Below, one piece after another: positions 35,966 to 49,434 of a DNA stretch of 55,183 nucleotides. Positions within the stretch are counted from its first letter, which is position 1. Each line of letters begins with the position of its first letter. This DNA is from Catajapyx aquilonaris. Taxonomy: Eukaryota. The stretch covers positions 1 to 55,183 of the forward strand of contig JYFJ02002535.1 of NCBI GenBank assembly GCA_000934665.2, written 5' to 3'. Both the position numbers and the translations under genes were made by a program. A model generated the notes under the pieces. The model worked only from the letters and a program-made list of their open reading frames with translations, did not search any database and was not told the DNA's origin.

Positions 35966-37430
35966 ATGCGCAGCGGGTTGTCCACCGTAATTCCCATAAG
36001 GAGTGCAAAGAAGCCGATGGAGGACACGACTGTTGAGAACTCATTTTGGTATGCCTTCAGACCCATGGCTATTTTTGCAATAATCGGTGGAATTTCGCCA
36101 TACCCATGCCCCAAAAGACAGACGGACCTGCGTTGGAAGTGGTATCGTCGGTGGCCAATGTTGCCTCATCTGGTCATGTTTGTGATATACGTCGTGGAAT
36201 ACTCGCTGCATCCGATTGACATGCGCACGAATAGCCACACAATGAACATAACCTGGAAGATCATGCAGGTGTCCACTCTGTTCGGTCCATGGGTCATCTT
36301 CATCATTGTTCAACATAAGCTGACCCAGATTTGGATGCTTTTGCACCGCGTTTCTCACTTAGATTTCACCTTATACGAAAAGGTTCTGCGTCAACGTGCA
36401 CTAGTGTTGGTCGTCACCGGTTTTGTACTTCCCATTTCCATCCTTACGGCTCTAATTGAAAAAATGGCTGCTTCAGGAACATTATTCGAACCTCACAGTC
36501 TCCTCGCAGTGTTTCGCATTTGGCACTGCCTCTTCATGCTGACTCTAGTTCCACTTATGGTTACTTTCGTCGTGTTTGCGATCCGATCCATGCTGCAAGA
36601 TTTTCACCAAGGAATCAAAATGACATGCACGCAGCTCTATCTGAGTGTTCGGAATAACCAAAAGGAGCCCGATGACACCATCTTGCACAAGCTGAGGTCA
36701 AAGGCCGACCTGTTCTACGAGCTGTGTGGACTGGTGGACAGAGTGGACGACACTTTCGGAGTGTCCATTATGGCCACTTACCTAATCTTCATCGTGATGT
36801 GCACCAGTTACATTTTTTACTTGTTCATGTTGCCGGCGACAGATGTGGTATATGAGGCGTGCTTTATTTTCGGCGTGGTGATCCTAATCGCTTCCATGAT
36901 TACGTTCACTGTCATTATGGGATCAATTCCTCGAGAGGTAGGCTAATTTATCGCCCCCGAAGGCGAAACTACTCTTTATGATTTACGTGTCTACGTAAAG
37001 GTTTCTGATGTCCGTTTTAATAAGCTTTTATTAATAATTTCAGAGCATGAAGCCCCTGAAACATTTGATTCGAGTCAATCGCCTGGTCATGGCTCCTTCA
37101 GTTAAGGCAGAGGTATTGCAAGTAATGATTGTGATTGATTCTAGACAATCTATATTGTTTTTCTTTCAGATCGAAACCATGACCCAGAAAATGATGGGCC
37201 CCGCTATAGAGATAACTGCTGCCAATTTCTTTACTCTCAAACGTGGCCTCTTGACATCGGTAAGGTTTTATTTTGGCATGTTTTGATATGACATCATCGA
37301 CCTCTCCTTATAATAAGTACACTTGCAGGTGGCTGGAGCTGTCACAACATATCTCATTGTGCTGGCGCAATTTGCAGGAGCAGAAGATGATGATGTAACT
37401 ACGCCCACCACAATTGCAACTGAAAAATAA
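35966..37430 (+). CDS. Gustatory receptor GR-A1 (intact); exons 35966-36937, 37044-37112, 37170-37259, 37329-37430
   Basis: Multi-TM long first exon, three phase-0 C-terminal introns, ITAANFFTLKRGLLTS and VTTYLIVLAQF motifs. Confidence 0.88.
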
Positions 37431-37718
37431 GGCCAACATATCAAGAGAGCTGCAAGTGAAGAATATTTGTAGCAATCCATGTTTGTTAAATACTATCTGT
37501 GTTTTATAAGGTGTGGTCATAGCTTGTTCGAGTGAGAATCATCAATATCGGCAAACGTCTCGGCCATGTTCATGAAGCGTGATCCAAGGTTATATCGTTA
37601 AAAACGCACTTCACATAATTAAATAAGTTTTCAATACCACATTGACAGAGTAAACAACCCCAAGCCAGAGAGAAACAAATTCTGCTCAGTGTAGCTTCAT
37701 ATTCGATCGAGACCAGAC

Positions 37719-38979
37719 ATGGATTTATACGATTCGTTTAAACCCCTTGCAGGGCTATCCCGTGTGTTTGGAATATTTTTCGTGGTCAGAACCAAACAAC
37801 AAGAGTATTCCAAGAAGTGGATCATCTTCCTGATTCTTCCCGCAGTGTTTGTTTCATTTTTGATCATTGATCTAACAGCGTATGACTTCATCAGCCTTTC
37901 TCTAACGAAAGTCCTGCAAACGCTGATTCCCATTTCTGGTTTCATTTTAATCTTTGTGTTTGTTGCTGTGTACCTGTCGACTGCATCTCAGACCAACAAT
38001 GTCTGCAGAATGTTCAGATCATTTTGCGAGATTGATAAGTTTCTGCCAGGAATCGATCAGGTGCACAGAAAGGCCCGGGTCGTCTCATGGATTGCCACAG
38101 TCACGTTTTCTGTATACTACGTGACGGTAACTTTATGTGTACAATATGTTCCCACGAACACGATGTCACCTTCACAGAGTATCTCTAAAATTTTGTTCCA
38201 ACACATTCATTACTCATTTGTCGTTCTTCTGATGCAAGTGGTCTTCATTTCTGAGTCTATTCGAGCCAGGTTCAAGCTGGTCAACAAAGGAATTGTCCAG
38301 ACAGTGTCACCAATGCCTCGAGCCATCAGGTCACTCAACGAGGTCAAAAAGACAAAGTTTCCAAAATGTTTGACACGTTTGGGAGGAACATTTGACGATC
38401 TGTGCAACCTGGTGGATGTCTTGAACCAATGCTACTCCTTGCCATTAGCTTTTATTTACTTTTACTTTCTACTGGACATTGTGTTCATCTGTGCTTACGA
38501 GTTGCTTGAGGACATCACTCACCAGCAATTTGTGGCTATCGTTTATCAATTGGCGATGCAAGTGTTAGTCATGACTGCTGTCACCTGCATTTTGGAGCGA
38601 CTTCCACAAGAGGTGTGTCAAAACTGTGTGACAGTTGACAAACCTGATTAAAAGTTAACATTTATTTTCTTCATTCTCAGGCTTCATCTGCCCTTCCTTC
38701 CATCCGTGGAGTAGACATCTCAGTGCTGGATCTGGATGGTAAATTGCAGTTTCAAGATTTGATTGGAAAGGTGACAAATCACGACGCAGTGATATCGGCT
38801 TGGTTCTTCCGGATCAGAAGCGGAATCATTGTCACCGTAAGTGTAAGTCAACATTATCTCAATTACCTTTACGCTGATGTATCATAATATTGCACTTGCA
38901 GATGGCAACCTCGTGCATCACTTTCCTTGTCATTATAGCACAGTTCAAAGGAGCAGAAAAGGATAGTTGTCGCCAATAG
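37719..38979 (+). CDS. Gustatory receptor GR-B1 (intact); exons 37719-38612, 38681-38836, 38902-38979
   Basis: MDLYDSFKPLAGLSRVFGIF start, IRARFKLVN, ISAWFFRIRSG, CITFLVIIAQF; phase-0 introns. Confidence 0.88.
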
Positions 38980-39471
38980 CACATGCAACCAGAAATACAC
39001 ATAATCTTTTAAGGCGGAGCAATCACATATTGTTTAACGTAATACTTAATACCCAAAGTTTATAGAGTGCTTCAGAGATAAAGGGAATAAGTGAACTTTC
39101 TAACAAATATATGTATTTCTTTTGTATGATGGATGCCGATAGTTCATGTATCAAGTTACAACAATAATAATTCTGAATCTTCATGCACAACTGCAGGATC
39201 AATAGAATCAGGCAGCGCCTCATGCTAATAAATGCAGCGCAAACCTCATGCGCATAAATAATTGCTATAAATACACATGGCCACTTGGCAAATAAAAAAA
39301 GTATAATTACCGTAAGTAGTCAAATTAGAGAAATCAGTGAAAATTTTATAAATGCAGCTAATGCCGTCAACTTTGCTGGTGTAATTTGAACTTGTTTCAT
39401 TTAGCAATGTGATAATTACAGAGACTCTGTGAAAAATAGGTTCCTCTTTGTAATCCGATTGTTTATGTTGC

Positions 39472-41183
39472 TTATGAGACAATCCTTGTAGTTGTGATAA
39501 GTGAGGATTCTGTCTCTTCATCATCTTCTGCGCCTGCAAACTGGGCCAGCACGATGAGGTACGTTGTGACAGCTCCAGCCAACTGAAAAGTGCACATCAC
39601 TCTATATCAATAAGAGCCTTTTCAGTGTCACTTGTCACATACAGAAACAGAAGGCTTACAGAGGTTAATAGTCCACGATTGAGGGTGAAGAAATTGGCTG
39701 CGGTTATCTCGATTGGAGGTCCAGCCATTTTGTGGGCAAGTGTTTCGATCTGGAAAATAAACGCACATTTGTGTATCTCACCAATAAGAATTATACGATA
39801 TAGTCCTTCAGATTATAGATTACATTTGTATCGATGCAAATCCAACAGGGAAAGTTCGATTTTAAAATCAAGTCATTGCAGTTGAGAACAACTTACTTTT
39901 TCATTTTACATTATTAGAAAACAACTCCAGCACTCAAAGGCTGGAAAAATCGATCAAACAACACTTTCTTTGTACGTAAGTTGTTTGTAAGTGAGGCGAA
40001 CATCCGTATTTGCCCAGATGTGAATGTGAGACAAATACATGCGGTACGGGTACTTCACCTCTGTCTTAACATAAGGGCTGGTGACCCGACGATTAACGCG
40101 AATCACATGCTTCAATGATGTGGTTCTCTGAAATAATTTTACGGTAAGAAGCACTGTTATTTTTTAAATATTGAGTAAGAAATTCTGTAAACAATACTAT
40201 ACCTCTCGAGGAATTGATCCCAAAATGATCGTGAATGAAATCATCGAAGCGATTAGGATCACAATACTGGAACTAAAGCACACCACAAAGGCAACGTCCT
40301 TCATTGACATCATGAACATATAAAAAATAAAACTGGTGCAGAACACCACAAATATCAGCTACGTGGCCATAATGGACACTCCAATTATGTCGTCCACTTT
40401 GTCCACCAGTCCACATAGCTCGTAGAACAGGTCAGCCTTTAACCTCAGCTTGTGTTGTAGGATCTTATCGACTTGCTGTTGATTTTGGAGAGCCAAGCAT
40501 ATCTGGGCGCACGTCTCTTTCATGTCTTGGTTGAAATGTTGAAGCATCGATCGGATCACTATCGTAATGAACGTAATCAGAAGAGGGATTAAATGCAGCA
40601 GAAACATGCAGTGCCAGATACGTAATGTGTATAAAAGGTTGGACGGGTCCAGTAAAGTTCCTGAAGCCACGAATTGTTTTATAAAGCACAAAAGGGGGGA
40701 AAATGGAAGTAAAAAACCTGCGACAACTAGTATCATGGCATATTTAAGCAGCACCTTTTCATGTGAGGTAAAATCTAAGTGAGAAACTCGGTGCAGCAGC
40801 TTCCAAATCTGGGTCAGCTTGAGTTGCACGAGGATGAAGATGATCCATGGACCGACTTGTGTGGCTGCCTGCATTACAATCCAGGTTAGGTTCATTGTGT
40901 GGCTCTTTGTCTGTCTTGTAGTTGGATTCAGCGAGAATTCCACGACGTACAGCACGAACATGACCAGGTGCAGGAAAGTTGGCCAACGACGATACCACTT
41001 CCAACGCAGGTCCGTCTCTCTCCTGGGCCACGGGTACGGCGAAATCCCACCGATGATTGCAAAAATGGCCATGGGTCTGAATGCCACCCAAAACGGATTA
41101 CTTCTCTTCGCGATGTTTCCTTGCCTTTTCGCTTCTATCATGGGAATTACTGTAGACACCCCGCCGTACAACTGACCGTACAT
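39472..41183 (-). pseudogene. Gustatory receptor GR-A2 with a single in-frame TAG (40361-40359); exons 41183-40203, 40127-40059, 39749-39660, 39582-39472
   Basis: IMAT-TAG-LIF where paralog A3 has IMAT-TAC(Y)-LIF; frame and splice sites otherwise intact to TYLIVLAQF. Confidence 0.8.
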
Positions 41184-42270
41184 GCTGATATTGAACTCTT
41201 TTACAAATATGTGTCCGTAAATTGCACTTTGGGCTGTTGACATGAATATCAATACTGAAATATTCGGCACTGTATTCTTCGCCAATATACCATTGATGCT
41301 TCCGAAAAACTCTTCACTGTACACTGCCTACAGTAGACCAGCGTCAGGATGTACCGGAGGTACCTATCATTATTAGTCCGAATAGCAATTGCATGTTGAA
41401 GTGGAAGTAAACACCGTTGTCAATAGGTTCGTCGCTACGTTGCATCAAGTATAAGTGCCTATAACTCTTCTAGGCCATAAAGCAGTGAATCATTTCCGAT
41501 CATTGCATATTCATGTTGGCACGGTTCTTTTATTGCAATCCATGTAATATTGCTTTCCTGTACCGTGACTATAATGCAAGTTTTCAGAGAACGGAATGTA
41601 AAGACTCTGGAGGATCCTCTCTTTTTCTGTGACACTCCCCAAAAAACAATAGCATGGCCACACACATTTTATCGAGCAATCGGATATAAATATATTTATA
41701 ATATAATATAATATCTAATATGTAATTATTATGAGGTCGTAAGTATTAAAATTTACATGCTAAAGGTTTGTTCAGGTAATTAATTTCATGCCAGTAACGA
41801 ATAAGAATGGAAACGTAAACCGAGCTCTACTTCTATTCTTTAATAATTCAAATTATTACAGTATTTTATATAGATAGGCCTACTTGAAGATTGTTTGATT
41901 CTAAAATCTAAAAATATGTTTGACAATTCAGATGAAAGGAAACAGAAACTTATTCCCAGTTCCCACAAGTCACACTCTTATACATGTAATACGCTCATAC
42001 AAGTGGAATATCTGTCAGGCAGCTATCAGCCATTTCCATTTATTATTGCAAAATTGAATAAACTCTATAGTGCTTCAGATACAAAGTGAATAAGTCAATA
42101 TTAACTTATGGCTAAACCTTCAGAGAAAAAAAAACTCGAAATTCATTAAGGCCTCAAATATCACATCGGTTTCGATTTGCATGATTTGCGGTCAGAAACA
42201 AGTAAATAGCGCCCATCTAAGTATAGATTCTATATGCCGATAGTCCCGATAGTCGATCGTGTAAAAAGTT

Positions 42271-42612
42271 TTTTTTTTGTACCCCGTTATAGGGCCGTAG
42301 GCCCTTATAGGGGAGTGGGACACCACCATTTTTCGCTCGATTTTCTATATTTTTCTTCCAACTCCGGTGCAAGGACGAAAGGACATGGGGTAAGGGTAGG
42401 GATTTTTTGGGGAGGGAACATAGGTGCAAGTGCAATGTCTACAAATGGGTCATGTGCTGTTCCCCAGGAGGTTAGGTTGCCAGACACCTCCTTGGTGCAG
42501 GTCAGAGACCCTCCTGACGCAGGCGAAAGGAAAGTTCCCCAGGCGGGGATCGAACCTGGGGCCTTTCACTCAGCAAGCCGAGACGTTACCATTTCGGCCA
42601 CCACACCTCCCC
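42271..42612 (-). mobile_element. tRNA-derived SINE (~340 bp) with A-tail and 14-bp target-site duplication
   Basis: Minus-strand head GGTGTGGTGGCCGAAATGGT (A box)...GGTTCGATCCCCGCC (B box); A-tail at the 3' end; TCGTGTAAAAAGTT at 42257-42270 and 42613-42626. Confidence 0.88.
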
Positions 42613-42952
42613 TCGTGTAAAAAGTTACAACAGTCATTTTGAAACTTCAGGCATAGTAGCAGCATGTATGTGGCTCAATAGAATCAGGCAGTGCCTCATG
42701 CAAAGTACACAGCGTAAACCTCATGCACATAAATTGCTAGTATAAATACTGAACATGGGGTTTCTTGGAAGGTCAAGAGAAGGACAACGAACTTGTTTAA
42801 TTACAGTAATGAATTAATATTTGCAGTGAATGTCTCCAACCTGCTGCTGCTAACAGGCCTATAGTACATTTTAACAATGTGATGATCCCGCAGGTTCTTG
42901 GGACGAAAAGTCCAAAATGAGGGGACACTGCTTCCTCTTTGCCATCGGAATG

Positions 42953-44671
42953 TCATGTTGCTGCTGAAGCAATCGTTGTAGTTGTGATAAGTGAGGAGTC
43001 TGTCTCTTCATCATCTTCTGCGCCTGCAAACTGGGCCAGCACGATGAGGTACGTTGTGACAGCTCCAGCCAACTGAAAAGTGCACACCACTTTATCAATA
43101 AGAGGCCTTTCAGTGTCACTTGTCATATACAGAATACAGAAACAGAAGGCTTACAGAGGTTAATAGACCACGATTGAGGGTGAAGAAATTGGCTGCGGTT
43201 ATCTCGATTGGCTCGGTCCAGCCATTTTGTGGGCAAGTGTTTCGATCTGGAAAAAATCCGGTTATTTGTATCTTTCAAGGAATATTATACGAGTCTTTCG
43301 AATATTTCAGTTAACATTCGTGTAATGCAAATCCGGCAGTTGAAAATTCGCGATTTTAAAATCAGGATGTAAGAAAAAAAAATGAACTTCACTTTTTATA
43401 GTTTAACATCATTAGAAACATAATTAAACGGTATGGGGAAATGAGCCAAAACCGATCATGCAACGCATTTTTAAAAAGTGAGGCGTCCGCGTCAGTTAAT
43501 TTTGCCCAGATATGAATGTGAGATAAATTTTGAAACACACGGTACATACATACCTCGGCCTTAACACAAGGACTTGTGATCCGACGATTAACACGAATCA
43601 AATGTTTCAATGATCTGGCGCTCTGAAATAATTTTAATGAGGATTGTCAATTGTGAAGATTGCGCACAGTGTAAACAATACTATACGTACCTCTCGAGGA
43701 ATTGATCCCAAAATGATCGTGAATGAAATCATCGAAGCAATTTGGATCACAATACCTAAACTAAAGCACACCACATACGCCACGTCCTTCAGTGACACCA
43801 TGAATACATAAAAAATAAAACTGGTGCACAATACCACAAATATCAGGTACGTGGCCATAATGGACACTCCAAATATGTCGTCCACTTTGTCCACCAGTCC
43901 ACACAGCTCGTAGAACAGGTCAGCCTTTGATCTCAGCTTGTGTTGTAAGATCTTATCGACTTGCTGTTGATTTTGGAGAGCCAAGCATATCTGGACGCAC
44001 GTCTCCTTCATGCCTTGGTTGAAATGTTGAAGCATCGATCGGATCGCAATTGTAATGAACGTAATCAGAAGCGGGATCATGTACAGCAAAAATAAGCAAT
44101 GCCAAATTCTAAATGCAAAGAAAAGTTGGTACGGGTCCAGTGCAGCTCCTGAAGCCACGATGGTTTTCAAAAGGCCCAAAATAGGAGAAAACGGAAGTAA
44201 AAAACCTGCGACAACTAGTATCATGGCATATTTACGCATCACATTTTCATGTGAGGTAAAATCTAAGTGAGAAACTCGGTGCAGTAGCTTCCAAATCTGG
44301 GTCAGATTGTGCTGAACAATGATGAAGATGACCCATGGACCGAGATGTGTGGCTGCCTGCATGATTTTCCAGGTTACGTTCATTGTGTGGCTCTTTGTCT
44401 GTCTTGTAGTTGGATTCATCGAGAATTCCACGACGTACAGCACGAACATGACCAGGTGCAGGAAAGTTGGCCATCGACGATACCACTTCCAACGCATGTC
44501 CGTCTCTCTTCTGGGCCACGGGTATGGCGAAATCCCACCGATGATTGCAAAAATGGCCATGGGTCTGAATGCCACCCAAAACGGATTACTTCTCTTCGCG
44601 ATGTTTCCTTGCCTTTTCGCTTCTATCATGGGAATTACTGTAGACACCCCGCCGTACAACCGACCGTACAT
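42953..44671 (-). pseudogene. Gustatory receptor GR-A3 with +2 frameshift in exon 3; exons 44671-43691, 43622-43554, 43246-43155, 43072-42953
   Basis: GGA CCG AG CCA ATC GAG versus A2 GGA CCT CCA ATC GAG (~43211-43216) gives a TAA before ITAANFF and removes the TYLIVLAQF helix. Confidence 0.8.
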
Positions 44672-45127
44672 GCTGATATTGAACTCCTTTGCTAAGACGT
44701 GTCCGTCACTTACACTTTGACCTGTTGACATTAATATCGGCACTAAAATATGCGCACTTTTTCCTCGCCAACATTCCACTAACGCTTCCGAAAAACTCTG
44801 CAGCGACACTAGTAAAAGTATTATTAGTCTGGACAGCAATTGCATGTTGATGTGAAAGTAAACACAGTTGTCAACAGGTTCGTCGCTATGTTGCATCAGG
44901 TCAGTGCCACATACCGCAGTGAATCATCGTAAATTCATGTTGCTACGGATCTTTTATTGCTTTGCTCCCTAAGAGACAGTCGCATGACATCACACACCGA
45001 ATTGATATAAATGAGGGCTTTACACTGCCCATCAACTCCTTGACCTTCTGGACAAATCAACCGACGCAAATAAACAAGAACAAAAAAATAAGACGATTGG
45101 TGACTACTGGGAATAATTGTGACAGAT

Positions 45128-46361
45128 TTATTCTGCTCCATTGAACTGAGCCAAAATGACCAGGAAAGTGATGCACGACGTTGCAATCTAAAAAAATGAA
45201 ATCATGAGATGTCAAAATGACTGCATCACATGAATTGGCCTTCACTTACGGTAACAATGATTCCGCATCTAAGCCGAAAGAACCAAGCGGAGATCTCTGC
45301 CTTGTGATTTGTCACTTTTCCAACCAAATCATGGAACTGCAGCATACCTTCCAGATCAAACACTGAGGTGTCGACTCCACGGATGGAAGGAAGGGCAGAT
45401 GAAGCCTGAAATTTACGAAATTAATGAACTGGTTCATCAAGTGATGTGGTGCAGAAGACAATAATTGTAACACCTCTAGCGGAAGTAGCTCCATAATACA
45501 GGTGACAGCAGTGATGACAAGCACTTGAATCACCATTTGATGAATGTCATCAGCGGGTGTCTCTCTGTTCTTCAGCAAAGAGTCAGAGATTGTGAAGATA
45601 ATGCCTAACAAGTAGCCCAGGTAAATTCCAGCCAATGGCAATGAGTAGCACTGATTCAAATAATCTACCAGGTTGCACAGGTCATCATATGTCCCTCCCA
45701 AACGGGTAAGACATGTCGGAAACCTTCTCCATTTGACCTCGTTGTGTGACCTGATGGCTCGTGGCATTGGTGACACTGCCTGGACAATTCCTTTGTTGAC
45801 CAGTTTGAACCTGGCTCGAATGGACTCGGAGAAGAAGACCACTTGTATCAACATCACGAAATACGCGTAACGAATGTGGTGATGCAGTACTACAATGATG
45901 GCACCCATAGTTGACATTTGAGCCGCCGGTATTAATTTAGTAGCAATCATTAGGCCCAAGTAGTAGGTGGCAAAGGTGACACTGATTACACATGTGACCA
46001 CACGGGTTTTCCTGTGCACCCGATCTATCCCAGGAATCATCTGATCTATCTCGCAAAATGCTCGGAGCATTTTGCAGACATTATTTGCCTGGATTACTGC
46101 TGATAAGTACACAGCAGCAAGCACAATTATTACGTTGAAAGCAGCAATGATATGGAGCGTGTTGGAAACGCTATTGAGAGAAAGTGTGATACCAGATATA
46201 GTTGTAAGCACAAGCACTAAGTAGAGCAGAATAATTAATGGAAGAGTCAGGAAGCTGACCCATTTCTTGGAATACTCTCGTTGTTTGGTTCTGACCACGA
46301 AAAATATTCCAAAAGCACGAGAGAGTACGGCCAGTGGTTTAAACGAATCGTAGAAATCCAT
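45128..46361 (-). CDS. Gustatory receptor GR-B2 (intact); exons 46361-45474, 45405-45250, 45187-45128
   Basis: MDFYDSFKPLAVLSRAFGIF, ESIRARFKLVN, ISAWFFRLRCG, CITFLVILAQF; close paralog of GR-B1. Confidence 0.88.
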
Positions 46362-47005
46362 GTCTGCTCCTATGGAAATACAGACCAAAAATGAGAGGCA
46401 TCCATGGGTGTGGTGTTTTCCGATAATGTCACTTTTGATAGATTGAACTGCAGATGGTAATGCAAACACACGCCCATTGGACTGATACACACAATACATG
46501 CGTTAAATAGTAAAGGAGATTGAGTGTCCTTGGTTCAACCTCCAAGAGCAGCCAAGCTGCCTCATGCAGAGTTACTTTTAATATTAATTTGAAAAGCTGC
46601 ACTTCATCAGTCTGATTTATCACAGACAATTTGAAGTAATTCTGCTGGTTCTAGGATTTTTAACTGCGCTATGAAAGTAACGAGAATTTATACTATCATA
46701 ATTATGGAAAAAACAGATTCCATGAGGCCATTGTGCCATAATTTCATACCAGGGAATTACATGTGAACGAACAAACTTCATGGAAACCGGATGAGATATT
46801 TTATTACTAAGTTATTATGAATTAGTCTTCAATGTTGCAATCTCAGCAGTGTACAATATGAATTGGACAATTTTTTCATTTTACAATTCATCGCTAGACC
46901 GACTATTATTAAGTAAAGTGTGGTTATTAATGTGTTTTACTAATAGTCTTTCAGATATCTAATTTTTTTAACCAAGGTATAGCTACCCGTTGATAATTAT
47001 ATTAG

Positions 47006-48704
47006 TCACTGTCCAGTAGCGATTGTCGTAGGTATCGTTTCGTCGTCATCTTCTGCTCCTGCAAACTGCGCCAGCACAATGAGATATGTCGTGACAGCTC
47101 CAGCCACCTGGAAGTGTACTTATCTGATTATTATACGGATAGGTAGATGACGTCATACCGGTAAATACAATAAACTGCGACTTACCGATGTCAAGAGGCC
47201 ACGTTTGAGAGTAAAAAAATTTGCAGCAGTTATCTAGATCGCGGGACCCATCATTTTGTGTGTGAGGGTTTCAATCTGAAAGAATAACAATAGATTAAGC
47301 CTAATGTGTCTATGGAATCAATCACAATCATTACTTGTACTACGTATACCTATCTGCCTTAACTGAAGGAGAGATTACCAGGCGATTGACTCGAATCAAA
47401 TGTTTCAGTGGTCTTATACTCTGAAATTAAGACGTTATTACATCGGACAGAAGTAACATTTTTTGCATCATAAGCTATAGGGAGAAACAACAACATAAAT
47501 CCAGTTTCAGTCTACTTAGTAAGTGAGGAAGTTTGGAGTAAAATCAGGCTAATATATTGCATAAATGTAAATTGACATGAATTATTTAGATCTACTGTAG
47601 TGAGTATTTATGATAATTACCGATATTTCATAATTTGTGTTGATACAAAACTGTCTAAATCCTCACATAATATCATAAATCATAAAGAGTACATATGTAG
47701 TTTTTCCCTCACTTGCAGTAAGTTACCTCTCGAGGAATTGATCCCAAAACGACCGTGAACGTAATCATGGAAGCGATTATGATCACCACACAGAAACAAA
47801 AGCACTCCATGTACGCTCCATCCGTCACCGGCACCATGAACAAGTAAAAAATGTAACTGGTGCACAACACGATGAAGATTAGGTAAGTGGCCATAATGGA
47901 CACTCCGAAAGTGTCGTCCACTCTGTCCACCAGTCCACACAGCTCGTAGAACAGGTCGGCCTTTGACCTCAGCTTGTGCAAGATGGTGTCATCGGGCTCC
48001 TATTGGTTATTCCGAACACTCAGATAGAGCTGCGTGCATGTCATTTTGATTCCTTGGTGAAAATCTTGCAGCATGGATCGGATCGCAAACACGACGAAAG
48101 TAACCATAAGTGGAACTAGAGTCAGCATGAAGAGGCAGTGCCAAATGCGAAACACTGCGAGGAGACTGTGAGGTTCGAATAATGTTCCTGAAGCAGCCAT
48201 TTTTTCAATTAGAGCCGTAAGGATGAGAATGGGAAATACAAAACCGGTGACTACCAACACTAGTGCACGTTGACGCAGAACCTTTTCGTATAAGGTGAAA
48301 TCTAAGTGAGAAATGCGGTGCAGAAGCTTCCAAACCTGGGTCAGCTTATGTTGAACAAGGATGTAGATGACCCATGGACCGATCATACCTGCCGCCTGAA
48401 TGGTCTTCCAGGTTATGTTCATTGTGTGGCTTTTCGTGCGAATGTAAGTCGGATTCAGCGAGTAATCCACGACGTAAATCACGAACATGACCAGATGAGG
48501 CAAAATTGGCCATCGACGATACCACTTCCAATTATTCAGGTCCGTCTGTCTTTTGGGCCAAGGGTATGGCGAAATTCCACCGATGATTGCAAAAATGGCC
48601 ATGGGTTTGAAAGCGTGCCACAAGGGATTCTCAACACTCGTGACTAACACCGGCCCCTTTGCATTCGTTATCGGAATTACAGAGGACAACCCCCGCCGGT
48701 ACAT
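47006..48704 (-). pseudogene. Gustatory receptor GR-A4 pseudogene (paralog of GR-A1)
   Basis: Three lesions: AAG>TAG at 48002-48000, 2-nt insertion before the exon-2 donor (GCAGATAG|GT versus GCAGAG|GT, ~47350-47353), and GAG>TAG in exon 3 (47236-47234). Confidence 0.85.
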
Positions 48705-49434
48705 GCCGACCAACCTTGGGAAATAAATTATCACTGGTCCTAAAAGGCAAGCTACAGATTAGCCAACTGTATGCTGAGAGAGTACATCTTCGGTGTCCGT
48801 GTTGACGCATCGTAAAATTTTTCAAGATATGAACGGAAGTTAAATTATGAAACACATGGTATTATACCCACTTCTGCATTAACACATGGGCTGGTCAAAT
48901 GGGCGAATCAAATGCTTCAATGATCTCGTGCTGTGAAATAATTTTAACGAGTGTAAATTTTGAAGATTGCTAAGGAGTGGTACAGTACGCACTGTACGTA
49001 CAGTACCAATTCCTGCTCTGTAAGGCATACAACATGTGTACATGCCGCAATTAAAATTCAAGTTGCATATAGGTTATACATTGCGGATCAAGTTAATGCT
49101 AACGTGCCACAGTGAGTCGCGTGAATGGGAATGAAAAATAGCTGAATTTGTTTGACATAATATAATGTTCACTAATAATTATGTTAGAAAGTGCCGGTTA
49201 TCCAATAACTATCGTGCTATTCACTGAAAGGTAAAACTCCAGGTAAAACTATACAGACGAAAACTGGTAAAACACATGTTGACAAATAATCTAAATCCGC
49301 CTGACAACAGTGTATCGTAGTGTTGGAAACAAGTTTTGATTATTCAGCCGTACGTTTAATGTCGGCTGGTTCTGAAAAATTCTGGCTCTCAATTTAAGTC
49401 CATAAGCAGGTCCTTAATTACACGAAGATTAAAG

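Noticed and set aside
42540..42612. Possible tRNA gene
   Set aside because: No acceptor-stem closure; followed by a body, A-tail and TSD, so it is a SINE head.
44672..44896. Long N-terminal extensions of GR ORFs given by the ORF track (also 41184-41324, 35873-35965, 46362-46499)
   Set aside because: Not consistently open or conserved among paralogs; alignments begin near the Met codons chosen, though exact starts remain uncertain.
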